32,855 nt of DNA from Myxococcales bacterium (GTDB lineage Bacteria; Myxococcota_A; UBA9042). Shown piece by piece: positions 1 to 9,584 of the stretch. Made by a program: the position numbers and the translations under genes. The notes below the pieces were generated by a model. The model saw only the letters and a list, made by a program, of their open reading frames with translations, had not been told where the DNA came from and ran no database searches. The number at the start of each line of letters is the position of its first letter. Positions within the stretch are counted from its first letter, which is position 1. The stretch is taken from NCBI GenBank assembly GCA_037441385.1, contig JBBISH010000075.1, positions 1 to 32,855 of the forward strand. The letters are read 5' to 3'.

Positions 1-968
1 CCGTCGCCGACAAAGCCGGGCTTGCAGGCGCAGCTGAACGATCCGACGCTGTTGCTGCACGCGGCGTTGGGGTCGCAACCGCCGTTGTTGGTTGCACATT
101 CGTCCACGTCACTGCAGGTCTTGCCGTCGCCGGTGTAGCCCGCGTTGCAGGTGCAGACAAAGCTGCCCACGCTGTTGCTGCAGGTGGCGGTGCTGGCGCA
201 GCCGGCCGTGCCGTTGGCGCATTCGTCGATGTCGGTGCAGGTCTTGCCGTCGCCGCTATAGCCGGGTTTGCAGGCACAGCCGAACGAGCCGGGGGTGTTG
301 CTGCAGTCGGCGTTCTGGTCGCAGCCGCCGTTGTTGGTGGCGCACTCGTTGATGTCGGCGCAGGTCTTGCCGTCGCCGCTGTAGCCCGTCTTGCACGTGC
401 AGATCGCGCTGCCGATGGTGTTGCTGCAATCGGCGGCCAGGTCGCAACCTGCGGTGCCGGCGGCGCATTCGTCCACGTCCGTGCAGGTCTTGCCGTCGCC
501 CGCGTAGCCGGTCTTGCAGATGCAGGCGTAGGTGCCGGCGGTGTTGCTGCAGTCCGCGGCCAGGTCGCACACGGCGGTGCCATTGGCGCACTCGTCGACG
601 TCGGCGCAGGTCTTGCCGTCGCCGGTGTAACCGGTCTTGCAGGTGCAGCTGTAGCTGCCCACGGTGTTGCTGCAGTCGGCTGCCAGGTCGCAAGTGGCGG
701 TACCAGCAAGGCATTCATCCACATCGCCGCAGGCCTTGCCGTCGCCGCCGTAGCCGGTGTTGCAAACGCACTGGTAGGTGCCCGGCACGTTGCTGCAGGT
801 GGCGTTGGGATCGCACACCGCGGTGCCGTTGGTGCACTCGTCCAAGTCGGTGCAGGTCTTGCCGTCGCCGTCAAAGCCGGGCTTGCAGGCGCAAGTGACC
901 GCCAAGGTATCGCCGCCCGTGCAATTGGCGTTGGGGTCGCAGGGGTTCAGCGCGCTCAGGCAAACGTC
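1..968 (-). repeat. At least 8 tandem EGF-like coding repeats, 123-nt (41-aa) period
   Basis: The GDGK(T/A)C-coding motif cttgccgtcgcc recurs near 856, 733, 610, 487, 364, 241 and 118; an eighth unit is truncated at the window edge. Seven units carry the cbEGF D[VIL][DN]EC signature. Confidence 0.9.
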
Positions 969-2126
969 GAACGCGGTCAACGTGGCCGCCGCCGACAAGG
1001 CCAGGGGACCCTGCAAAGTGCCGTCGCTGGCCACCGCGCTGCACTGCAACGTGTCGCCGACCTTGGGCAGCGAACCGTCGGGCAGAGTGACCTGCATCAG
1101 ATCGATCGTCGCGCTGGCCACACCCGGCAGAGTCACGCCGTTGAACAGCCACGTGTAGGAGTAGGTCAGGGTGTCGCCGTCCAGATCGAGCGCCGGCTCA
1201 GCCACCGTGCAGGTGACGATGGCGTTCAGCGCCACGGCGGTGGGATCCAGCGCCAGACCGGCCGCACCCGGAGCGGAATCCTGAATGACTACCTGAGCCT
1301 GGGCAGCCTTACCCGAGCCGTACGGGTCCTTGGGCGTCACTACCACCTGCCAGGTCTCGCCGCGCTTGGCGACACCGGCGGGCAAGGTGGGATCCGTGTA
1401 CGACGTAGGCTGGCCGTCTTTGAACCACGCATAGGTGTAGGTGATTTCGTCAGGCTTGCGGTCGATATCGGTCGCGGGCACCAACACCGTGGCGGTCAGG
1501 GCGTCGGCCGTGGTGGGCGTAGCCGGGGTGATCTCGATGACCGGCGCGTCCGGCGAGGTGTTGATCAACACCGTGACGCTGGCGGTCGCCGTCAGGCCGC
1601 CCGAGTCCTTGACCACCACCGTCAGGGTCTGCTTGCCGGCGGGCAGGCTGGCCAAATCGGTTTGCCACGTGCCGACGGGCGCCGTGCCCGAGAACAGCGG
1701 CGTAGTGATCGCCGTGCTGGTCACGGTGACTTGCAGGGACTTGTCTTCGGCGTCGCCGATGGTCGCCTCGACATGCAGCGGCGCGCCCACGTTGATGCCC
1801 GAGTTGTTCTCGGGCGCCACGATGGTCAGCGTCGGCGCGGTGTTGACCTGCGAGTCGTCGATCAGGCCGTCCTTGCCGTCGGCCAAGATCTCGCCCTTGC
1901 CGTCACCAAGGTTGCTGTCCGTCAGCTTGCTGTCGGTCAGAGTCCCGTCGCTCAAAGCGCCGTCGGACAAGGTGCTGTCCCCCAAGACAAAGTCAGCTCC
2001 GGTATCGCCAGTGCCGCTGGATGGACCGTCGGTGACGCCATCGCCACAACCGACGAGCGCGAACGCAGCCGCCGCCGCAATGGCGAGAAGACGCGTAAGC
2101 GATGAATTCTTGGGGAGGTAGTGCAT
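1..2126 (-). CDS. Surface lipoprotein with Ig-like domains and tandem Ca-binding EGF repeats (3' end runs off window; absent from ORF track)
   Basis: Manual translation from ATG 2126 (AAGGAG SD at 2131-2136): [27 protein letters not shown] lipobox, D/G/S-rich linker, Ig-like segments ([31 protein letters not shown]), then DVDEC...C..AADCSNT.GSY.C.CKTGY.GDGKTC repeats. No stop before position 1. Confidence 0.9.
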   Translation of the reverse strand, partial: MHYLPKNSSLTRLLAIAAAAAFALVGCGDGVTDGPSSGTGDTGADFVLGDSTLSDGALSDGTLTDSKLTDSNLGDGKGEILADGKDGLIDDSQVNTAPTLTIVAPENNSGINVGAPLHVEATIGDAEDKSLQVTVTSTAITTPLFSGTAPVGTWQTDLASLPAGKQTLTVVVKDSGGLTATASVTVLINTSPDAPVIEITPATPTTADALTATVLVPATDIDRKPDEITYTYAWFKDGQPTSYTDPTLPAGVAKRGETWQVVVTPKDPYGSGKAAQAQVVIQDSAPGAAGLALDPTAVALNAIVTCTVAEPALDLDGDTLTYSYTWLFNGVTLPGVASATIDLMQVTLPDGSLPKVGDTLQCSAVASDGTLQGPLALSAAATLTAFDVCLSALNPCDPNANCTGGDTLAVTCACKPGFDGDGKTCTDLDECTNGTAVCDPNATCSNVPGTYQCVCNTGYGGDGKACGDVDECLAGTATCDLAADCSNTVGSYSCTCKTGYTGDGKTCADVDECANGTAVCDLAADCSNTAGTYACICKTGYAGDGKTCTDVDECAAGTAGCDLAADCSNTIGSAICTCKTGYSGDGKTCADINECATNNGGCDQNADCSNTPGSFGCACKPGYSGDGKTCTDIDECANGTAGCASTATCSNSVGSFVCTCNAGYTGDGKTCSDVDECATNNGGCDPNAACSNSVGSFSCACKPGFVGD

Positions 2127-2152
2127 ATCGCTCCTTGTATGCCCGGCGGGCC

Positions 2153-2167
2153 ACAACACGCGTGCCT
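2153..2167 (-). promoter_or_regulatory. Possible sigma54 -24/-12 promoter of the EGF lipoprotein gene
   Basis: Minus strand reads AGGCACGCGTGTTGT versus consensus TGGCACGNNNNTTGC, ~26 nt upstream of the ATG. The -12 GC is GT here. Confidence 0.3.
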
Positions 2168-2473
2168 TGGCACGAGGCGCGCAGGGTACGAATTCTCGCA
2201 CGCGAGTGCAAAATTGTGAGGGCGGCCGCGGGGCGTCCGCGGTGAATTTCACTGCGAGCAAGGGCACATGCCGAACGCTGGCATTTGGCGGCCCAAACGG
2301 GAACCACCTGAGCCATGCGCGAGATCCGCGGCGCGCACACCGCTGGCAAACGCTTGGACGACCCAGATACTGTTGATTTATTGGCGCTTTGCACTGATCA
2401 GCCGGCACAGACCCTGCTGCGCCGGCGGCGCTTCCAGCCAACCAACGGTCCGCGATCGGCGCAGCTACGGCCG

Positions 2474-4525
2474 CTAACGGAAGAAAAGGTCGTGCGGGGT
2501 CTGGTTGTACTGGCCGTTCCAGTTCTTGACGAGCGCGCTGTGGTCGCCGTAGCCGCTGTTGTAGCCGGTGAACCACGTCCAGCCGGTGTTGCTGAACGAA
2601 CCGCCGTCGCCGCTCCAATCGCGGGTCGCGTAGTGGAAGCGGACGCCGGAAGGCGGCGTGCAGTTCCACTGCGAGTGGTTGTTGGTGTTGCACTTGCCAT
2701 TGCTGTGCGCCTGCCACGCGCCCGTGGACCAGTTCCAGATAGCGATGTTGCCGCCCACGTCGCCAGTCAGGGCGCCCACAAAGTTGTCGCCCTGCAAGTT
2801 GTCGAACTGCTTGAAGTCGTACTTATGCAGGCGTCCCGGCGCCACGGTCTCTTTGATCAGCACCTCGCGGTTCGAGGCCTTCATCATGCTCGTGCTGAAC
2901 TGGAAGGTGCCGTTGTCGACAAACTCCTGGGAGTTGGGCACGCCTTGCAGACCCAAGTAGGCGCCGGCGTTGGGCATGGTCAAATAGCGCGTCCAACCGC
3001 CGCCGTCGGTGGTCATGTCGCAATAACCGCTGTACTTGCCCGCGGCGTGCTTGAGCCAGTAGTTGCCGTCCCCCGCGGAGTCGCCGCCGTCCAAGATGGC
3101 CTTGCACGACGAGGCTGGATTGGCCTCGGTCCCCAGCGGGCCCAGGACCGAAGTGAACTTCTTGCCGTTGCAGACATACATGACCGCGGCAGTGGAGTTG
3201 AAGTAGACGTAGCCGGTGGCAGTTGCGTCACAGGTCACAGGGTCCTTGGCCGAGACCTGCAGGCGTAGGCCCGCGTTGGCGAGTAGCAGGCCATTGGCGG
3301 CCACCTTCTGGGTCGACAGCGTGGCAACACTGATCGAGAAGGCGTTGATCTTGCCGTCTTTCTGGCCGGCGGTCCCGCCCAAGTCGGCGACGGACACCGA
3401 CCACTTGCCCTTGGGATTGGCGCCGATCCACGTCGTCAAGTCGCCGCTGACGGTCTTGGTGGGGCTGGGCCAACTCGTCTTGAGGGTGGTGCCTGTGCCG
3501 CTTTGGTCGTAGAGCAAGTACGATTGGCCCTTGGGGTCGTACAGGGTGATTTTCAGCTTGCTGATGTCGCTGTTGGTGATGTCCAGGTTGACGGTGAGGC
3601 CTTGCGCGATGCCAAGGTCGGGCACGGTCAGGTCGTCGGGCGTCCCGGCGGGGAAGGAATCCGCGATATCGATGGGCGTATGGGTCGATGCAGCCACCTC
3701 GCTAAACTGATTGGTGAGCAAGTCGTTGCTGACTTCGTTCAGTCCGTCTTTGGGCAAGGCGCTGGCGTCCAAGCTGACCGCCGCGCAGTCGTAGCTGCCG
3801 TCGGCCTTGATGCCGCGCATGAACAAGCCCGTGCCGCAGACGGCGCCTAGCTTGGCCGCCACGGGGATGGCCTTCAAGTCGCCGTAGCTGCCGGTCAGGG
3901 CCACGTCGGCCAGCTTGGGCGTGCCGGTCAGATCCGCGTAGTTGCCGGTGCCGGCTACCTTGGCCAGCGAGGCCGCCTTGACGTAGTCGCCCAGATCCAC
4001 GGTCTTGGCGTAGGCCGACAAATCGGTCGTTTTGGCATAGGCAGCCAAATCTGCGGTCTTGGCGTATGCTTGCAAATCAGTAGTTTTGGCCAAGCCTTGC
4101 GTGACCGCGGCGTCCAGGGCGCCGGCTTTGATGCAGCCGCTGCACTCGATCGCTTCGGCCACGGCGGCGCGGAAGGCCAGCGCCACCGCCCGAACAGGCG
4201 CCGCCGGCAGCGCAGGGTCGGTACCGACCTGCACTTGCAGCCAACGGTCACCGGCAAACAACGAGGCCGTCAGCGGCGTCTTGCTCCCCAAGCCGTACGA
4301 GAACGAGCCCCCTTTGACGGGGAGCGTCACGCCCGCCTCGGTCCACAGCGTCTTGCCAGCCTGGGCGTCCAGCAGGTTGAACGTGACCGAGTAGGTGCCA
4401 TCGGCGGCGGGGCCGCCCGCCGAGCTCTGCAGCGCGCCCTCGATGTTCATCGTCTGGCTCTGCGCCAGGGCGGCGCCGGCAACCAGGTTGAGCAACAAGC
4501 CAATCAAAACAAGCAACCGCTGCAT
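2474..4525 (-). CDS. Secreted modular protein: tail-fibre-like repeats, proprotein-convertase P domain, C-terminal fibrinogen-like (YCDxxxxGGGW) domain
   Basis: GGAG SD 7 nt before ATG 4525; signal peptide [21 protein letters not shown]. YAKTxDL 9-aa repeats and [26 protein letters not shown] repeats. P-domain-like [20 protein letters not shown]...[20 protein letters not shown]...GDGNYWL...[12 protein letters not shown]. Confidence 0.85.
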   Translation of the reverse strand: MQRLLVLIGLLLNLVAGAALAQSQTMNIEGALQSSAGGPAADGTYSVTFNLLDAQAGKTLWTEAGVTLPVKGGSFSYGLGSKTPLTASLFAGDRWLQVQVGTDPALPAAPVRAVALAFRAAVAEAIECSGCIKAGALDAAVTQGLAKTTDLQAYAKTADLAAYAKTTDLSAYAKTVDLGDYVKAASLAKVAGTGNYADLTGTPKLADVALTGSYGDLKAIPVAAKLGAVCGTGLFMRGIKADGSYDCAAVSLDASALPKDGLNEVSNDLLTNQFSEVAASTHTPIDIADSFPAGTPDDLTVPDLGIAQGLTVNLDITNSDISKLKITLYDPKGQSYLLYDQSGTGTTLKTSWPSPTKTVSGDLTTWIGANPKGKWSVSVADLGGTAGQKDGKINAFSISVATLSTQKVAANGLLLANAGLRLQVSAKDPVTCDATATGYVYFNSTAAVMYVCNGKKFTSVLGPLGTEANPASSCKAILDGGDSAGDGNYWLKHAAGKYSGYCDMTTDGGGWTRYLTMPNAGAYLGLQGVPNSQEFVDNGTFQFSTSMMKASNREVLIKETVAPGRLHKYDFKQFDNLQGDNFVGALTGDVGGNIAIWNWSTGAWQAHSNGKCNTNNHSQWNCTPPSGVRFHYATRDWSGDGGSFSNTGWTWFTGYNSGYGDHSALVKNWNGQYNQTPHDLFFR
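3978..4093 (-). repeat. 27-nt (9-aa) coding repeats AKT[TAV]DL..Y, ~4.5 copies
   Basis: [39 protein letters not shown] in the translation. Confidence 0.8.
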
Positions 4526-4878
4526 ATTCATGCTCCGTGGCCGGCGCAGTGCCGCGCGCGGAGTGTACACCAATTGCCCAGCAATCGGCCACGGCAGGTC
4601 ATACCAGTTCCGGCCGAATCGGGTCGAAAACTCGAGCAATTCTTCGGACCCGAACCGAGGTCCCCGTTTGATTCTCGCCAGTTACAGAACAGGGCAGAAA
4701 GGCCGTACAGGCGCAAATTAGGTGGGGTGCGTCTCACACACACCGGAAGACACACGCCGGAAGACCTACGCTTGCGCAGCAGCGCATGTCCGCAGTGCAA
4801 CCGCTGAGCTTTGATTGGGGACCCTGGATCGATTCCCAAGAACTGCACGAGCCTTACGGCCGACGTGAGCGGACTCGT

Positions 4879-6831
4879 TCAGAAGTTGGCCAAGGTCACT
4901 TCGCCCACGGCCAGCGCAGTGGGACCGGCGCCACGCACGGCGAGCCGCAGCCCCGCCAGATGGTCAGCGGCCGCTGCGGGCAAGGGCACCGTCACCGCCG
5001 CCAGGGGCCAAGGCCGGCTACCGTGGCCATCGATCTCGGCAGCTTGGTCCAGCGGCGGCCCAACTTCCACGCTTCCGGCGGGCGTGGCCTGGCCGTGCTC
5101 GTCCAGCCAGGCGGCGTCGAGCAACGTGGGGCCGTGGCGCGGCGCCCCGTCCAAAGCGGCGATGCGGACGATCGCGTGGCTGGCCGGCTCTGTGTCGGCG
5201 GGCTGCCAATGCCACGCGAGCACCGTGCCCTCGCGCGCGTTTCTTGCGACCCAGGTCGCCGCAGTCCGCTGGATCCCGGTCTCGCAGCGCGCCTTTTGGC
5301 AGTCGGTCAGCTGGGCACCATCCGATGCGACCACAGTCTGCCCCGCGGGGACGCGCCGGCCGGCGGGCAGCACCACCGTGCGCAGGTCCACTGGGCTGGC
5401 CACGGGGAGCTGCCCCTGCCCATTCAACCACGGCGGCAGGGCGGTGCCCGTGCGTGCAGCCTCGAGCCAGTCGACCGCGAGGCGCCCCAGCACGCTGCGT
5501 TGGGTCTCGGGCGCGAGCCGGTAGGCGGGATCGCAGTTTTGCTGGTCGATATCCACGGTTTCGTCGCGCCAGCTCTGGTTGAAGGCGTTGTGACTGCCCC
5601 CGCCGAGCAGCCACATGGCGACCCGCGATCCCGGTTGCGCCGCGGCCGCACGGTCCAGGATGTGGCGCCCCTGCAAGGGGTATACGTCAAAGTCGCAGGT
5701 GGGCAAGACGATACCAAGCTCCACGCCGGGGATCGGGCCATGGCTCCAATCCGGCGGCGCGATGAGCAGCAGGCTCTGCAGCCGAACCGTCTCTAGCCCG
5801 ATTGCCGCGGGGTGAACCAGCTTGGCGCCCGCCAACAAGGCAGCGTCGCCACCCGTCGAATGGCCAATCAGGGCCACCTGCTGCAGGTCGGCAGAGGCGG
5901 CAACCTCTGGCGGGATCAAGGGATGAGCGCCGCGCTGCCAGGCCTGCCAGGCGCGCAGATGGGCGATGGTCTGGTCGCTGCGGGCCACGATTGCGTCGTG
6001 ACCGGGCATGCAGACTGCCGGCGCCACGTCCACGATTTCGGCAATCCAGCCCCGCGCCGCCAACTCGTCGGCCACCCAGGCCAGGCCCCCGGGCGTATCC
6101 ACGGGGTGTTGACCGGTGGGGCACGCGGCCAGCGGATCCGCCGGGCAGGTGTCGGGCCCCTGGTCGCCCCGGCAAGTGCCGTGATTACCGTGGATCAGCA
6201 GCGCGAGGGGATGGCGCCCAGGGGTCTTGGGATAGCGGACGATGCCGTGGGGGCGAATGGGCTTGTCGCCCGCGAGCTGGGTGGGTTCGCCCTGCCAGTC
6301 GGCGCGTCCGACTTGGGCCAGCACGGGCGAGGCCAGCGGCGGCAACGCGGCGTAGCGGGCGCTCAAGGCCGCCTGCCAAGTCGAATCCAGGGGTTGCCCC
6401 AACTGCTCGGGCGCCAAGGGCGGCCGATGCGGCAGCGTGGGATGGTGCGCGGGGCCTGCGGCGATCGCCACCGCGGGCGTCACAGCAACGTGATCGGGGT
6501 GGTGGTGCGGCGAGTCGTGGCCGCCGCGAACCAGCAGCCAAGTCACCCCGGCGCTGCTCAAGGCAATGCCAACCATCGCGGCGATGAGCAGCCAGGGCCA
6601 GTGGCCACCTGCCTGGGCCCGGACCGGTCCCGGCATTGCGCCGGTCGGCGGCCGCGCGTAGGCGCCGGTGGGTGGCTTGCCGTGAACGCCAGTTGGCAGG
6701 CGCGGTTGCGCGCCGGTGGCCGGGCGCCGGGGCGGTGGCAGCTGGGGACCGAGCGGATCGGGCACGGCGGACCTCGGCGCGACGGGGGCGCATAGCAGCG
6801 ACGCACGGAAGAGGACAGGCGCCAACGCCAC
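4879..6831 (-). CDS. Membrane-anchored alpha/beta-fold hydrolase (start uncertain; may be an internal ATG)
   Basis: Pro-rich N-terminus, one TM segment (WPWLLIAAMVGIALSSAGVTWLLV), PLALLIHGNH, nucleophile GHSTGG, candidate Asp (CDFDV) and His (GSHNAFN). Confidence 0.75.
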   Translation of the reverse strand: MALAPVLFRASLLCAPVAPRSAVPDPLGPQLPPPRRPATGAQPRLPTGVHGKPPTGAYARPPTGAMPGPVRAQAGGHWPWLLIAAMVGIALSSAGVTWLLVRGGHDSPHHHPDHVAVTPAVAIAAGPAHHPTLPHRPPLAPEQLGQPLDSTWQAALSARYAALPPLASPVLAQVGRADWQGEPTQLAGDKPIRPHGIVRYPKTPGRHPLALLIHGNHGTCRGDQGPDTCPADPLAACPTGQHPVDTPGGLAWVADELAARGWIAEIVDVAPAVCMPGHDAIVARSDQTIAHLRAWQAWQRGAHPLIPPEVAASADLQQVALIGHSTGGDAALLAGAKLVHPAAIGLETVRLQSLLLIAPPDWSHGPIPGVELGIVLPTCDFDVYPLQGRHILDRAAAAQPGSRVAMWLLGGGSHNAFNQSWRDETVDIDQQNCDPAYRLAPETQRSVLGRLAVDWLEAARTGTALPPWLNGQGQLPVASPVDLRTVVLPAGRRVPAGQTVVASDGAQLTDCQKARCETGIQRTAATWVARNAREGTVLAWHWQPADTEPASHAIVRIAALDGAPRHGPTLLDAAWLDEHGQATPAGSVEVGPPLDQAAEIDGHGSRPWPLAAVTVPLPAAAADHLAGLRLAVRGAGPTALAVGEVTLANF

Positions 6832-7224
6832 CGCGCACGCCGCTGCTGTCAGTGTCGCAATCCCCGGCCGCCGGGAAATCCGAAAGCCACAGAGCGATTG
6901 GAATCTTTACTATTCGAAATGATGTGCAGAGTTCGGCACGGGCGCGCGGTCCGGGCGGGCGCAACGCCGCGTCGTTCACCCTGTTGATCGTACGAGCTAT
7001 TTTCCGTTTGGCGACCAAAGGTTTGGGACCAACGCCGCCCCGCGGCCGGCAAGGCCAATGCGGTCACGGTCATGATCGGGGCGCTGGAAAACCCGGCGTA
7101 GCAATGTCATACGGAATCCATCTAGTGCGCAAAATCTCAAGTTCTTTCAGGGTTGCGGTCGTCGGCGTACTGGGCGGCGCAAGCCGCACGCGGGGGTCGC
7201 AGGGGACGCGCCGCAGCTCCGCAC

Positions 7225-8166
7225 CTACGGGGTGCCGGTCGCGCTGGCGCAGCGGGGGAGTCCGACCCAGGTGCGGGTGTCGTGGGCCGTGACGAGGTGG
7301 ACGGCTCCAAGCTCGTGCAAGGCGTGGAGGTGGCCCAAGGTGTCGGCGGTCTGGTCGGCGTCGAAGTCTGCGAACGCACCGGCCAAGCGGCCCTTGGGAA
7401 CCGGTTCTTCAAAACCCTCTTTGACCCAGGCGGCGTCGCCGATGAAGAACCAGGGCTTGGTGCCGTCGCCGGTTTGGACCAGGTAGCTGGTGGCGCCGGG
7501 CGTGTGGCCAGGGGTGGGGACGGCAATCACGCTGCCGTCGCCAAAGACATCGCGCGACGCGGCGAAGCCGAAGAGCGGCGGGCCATCGAAGTCCATGCGA
7601 TCGATACGGTTTTGGAGGCCCGTGAAGTGGTCCTTCATGGCGCCGTCGGCAAAGGAGCTGGTCTGGGCGTCGGTGGCCGCGGCGTCGGCGCGCGCCATGA
7701 CGATGCGGGCGTTGGGCAGGTCGCGCAGGCCGCCGGTGTGGTCCCAGTGGCGGTGAGTAAGGAGGACGTGCGTGACTTGCTCGGGCCGTATGCCGACTTG
7801 CACAAGGAGCTTGCCCAGGCCCGTTGCGGGTCGGGCGGCGTTGCCGATGGCGAGGCGGAACCACCATGGCGCGGCGTCGATGTCGGCGGGGGTGGCCTCA
7901 CCAAGACCGGCGTCGATGAGGACGACCCGGTCGCCTTGGCGGAGCACAAAGGACGAATAGGCCTGCCGCCACGGGCCGCGGAAGAAGCCGCGTGCGCCGT
8001 TGCTCAGGTTTTCGTCGACTTCCAAGTGGATGAGGGCGCAGGGCTGCAGCGGCGGACTGCGCCGGGCCGGAAGCTCGGCGGCGGGGCGGGCGTACTGCGG
8101 GATGTTGGGCGCGCAGGCGCTGAGGAGTGCGGCAGTGGCGGCCACGGCCAGGGATCGAGCGTGCAT
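7225..8166 (-). CDS. MBL-fold metallo-hydrolase lipoprotein, N-acyl-homoserine lactonase-like
   Basis: AAGGAA SD before ATG 8166; lipobox LSA-C; LIDAG, THRHWDHTGG (HxHxDH), PTPGHTPG, FIGDAAW, TAHD. Confidence 0.85.
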   Translation of the reverse strand: MHARSLAVAATAALLSACAPNIPQYARPAAELPARRSPPLQPCALIHLEVDENLSNGARGFFRGPWRQAYSSFVLRQGDRVVLIDAGLGEATPADIDAAPWWFRLAIGNAARPATGLGKLLVQVGIRPEQVTHVLLTHRHWDHTGGLRDLPNARIVMARADAAATDAQTSSFADGAMKDHFTGLQNRIDRMDFDGPPLFGFAASRDVFGDGSVIAVPTPGHTPGATSYLVQTGDGTKPWFFIGDAAWVKEGFEEPVPKGRLAGAFADFDADQTADTLGHLHALHELGAVHLVTAHDTRTWVGLPRCASATGTP

Positions 8167-8340
8167 GGGGCAAGTTCCTTGGGAGGCGGCGCGGCGGTTT
8201 ACGTTGTGCGACGCGCCACACTGGCCGAGTCGGGGCGCGCCTGTCAATGCCGCGGGCCGCAATCAAGTGGCCGCGCGCTGGATTTCGCGTCGCTGGACCT
8301 CGATTCGGGCCGGGCGCTGGGTGGGGCGGCTGCGGTGCGC

Positions 8341-9525
8341 TCACTCGCCGCGGCGCGGGTCTTCTTGTTGCGAGGCCCGGCGGAGGGCGGCGCGGCCAAA
8401 GCGGTCGCGCACGGCATCCAGGGCCTTGTCCAGGCGCTCGTCGCGCTGGCGCTCGCGGTCTGAGAAGAGATCGGGCTGCACGGGCTCGCTGTCGGGCCGG
8501 AGGTCCCATGCCGCCATGCCGATCAGGCGGTAGGGCCGGCGGAGGTCGAAAAGCGGCAGGAGCTCTGCCGCTGTGGCGAGGAGCGCCCGGGCGCTGGACG
8601 TTGGCGGTGCCACGCGCGCCTGATGGGTCAGGAGCTGAAAGTCGGTGGTCTTGAGCTTGACCCGGACACCGCCGGCCCGCAAGTGTTCGCGGCGCAAACG
8701 GAAAGCGATGGTATCCGCAGATTCGATGAGGTGCGGCCAAATCGCGTCGCGGCCGACGGCATCGACCATGAGGGTCTGCTCCGAGCCGATGGACTTGGCG
8801 TCGCGGTCGGGCACGACGGGGCGGTCGTCGCGGCCCAGGGCGAGGTCCTGCAGGAACGGCCCGTGGCTACCCAGGGCGCGGGCGAGCCAAGCGCGATCGG
8901 CGGCCGCCACGTCGCCGATGGTCCGCAGCCCCAGGGACTGGAGCTTGGGTACGGATTTCTCGCCTACGCCCCAGAGGCGCGACACCGGCAGGGGCGCGAG
9001 AAATGCCTGGGTCTCTTGGGCTGGTACCACCACGAGCGCGTCAGGCTTGCGGAGATCCGAGGCGACCTTAGCGACGAACTTGCACGCCGCCACCCCGACC
9101 GAGACGCGCAACCCCGTCTCGCTCCACACACGCTCTTTCAGACGGCGCGCCGCGGCGACAGGGTCGCCCCAGAGGCCGCGCGTGCCGGTCAGGTCGATGA
9201 AGGCCTCGTCTAGCGACAGGCCCTCGACGAGCGGCGAAAAGCTGCCGAAGATCTCGAAGATCTGCGCACTCACCGCCTGGTACTGGGCAAACCGCGGCGG
9301 CACGATGATGGCCTGCGGGCAGCGACGCTTGGCCTGCGCCAACGGCATCGCCGAGCCCACGCCGAAGGGCCGCGCCTCGTAGCTCGCCGTGGTGACGACG
9401 GAACGCGGGCTGTCGTACGCGACCAGCACCGGCTTGCCGCGAAGGGCCGGGTCGTCGCGCTGTTCCACCGCCGCGTAGAACGCGTCCATGTCCGCGTGCA
9501 AGATGGCGCGCGCCGCTCCAGACAA
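8341..9525 (-). CDS. dinB: DNA polymerase IV (Y family)
   Basis: ILHADMDAFYAAVEQRDDP, TASYEAR, SLDEAFID, AKVASDLRKPD, LWGVG, KSIGSEQT; TTG start preceded by AAGGA. Confidence 0.96.
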   Translation of the reverse strand: MSGAARAILHADMDAFYAAVEQRDDPALRGKPVLVAYDSPRSVVTTASYEARPFGVGSAMPLAQAKRRCPQAIIVPPRFAQYQAVSAQIFEIFGSFSPLVEGLSLDEAFIDLTGTRGLWGDPVAAARRLKERVWSETGLRVSVGVAACKFVAKVASDLRKPDALVVVPAQETQAFLAPLPVSRLWGVGEKSVPKLQSLGLRTIGDVAAADRAWLARALGSHGPFLQDLALGRDDRPVVPDRDAKSIGSEQTLMVDAVGRDAIWPHLIESADTIAFRLRREHLRAGGVRVKLKTTDFQLLTHQARVAPPTSSARALLATAAELLPLFDLRRPYRLIGMAAWDLRPDSEPVQPDLFSDRERQRDERLDKALDAVRDRFGRAALRRASQQEDPRRGE

Positions 9526-9546
9526 GATGCATCCTTATGTCATGTT
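9521..9546 (+). repeat. Intergenic repeat site A, GACAAGATGCATCCTTATGTCATGTT (overlaps dinB SD and start codon)
   Basis: 23/26 identical to the reverse complement of site B (11457-11482). Confidence 0.8.
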
Positions 9547-9584
9547 AATGAAGTTGAAATGGAATCTTCGATCTAGTGCGGTTT

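Noticed and set aside
1..968. Regularly spaced DNA repeats resembling a CRISPR array
   Set aside because: 123-nt in-frame period, degenerate at third positions, encodes EGF domains; no cas genes.
4735..4765. Short direct repeat CACACCGGAAGA / CACACGCCGGAAGA
   Set aside because: Only two imperfect copies with no supporting context.
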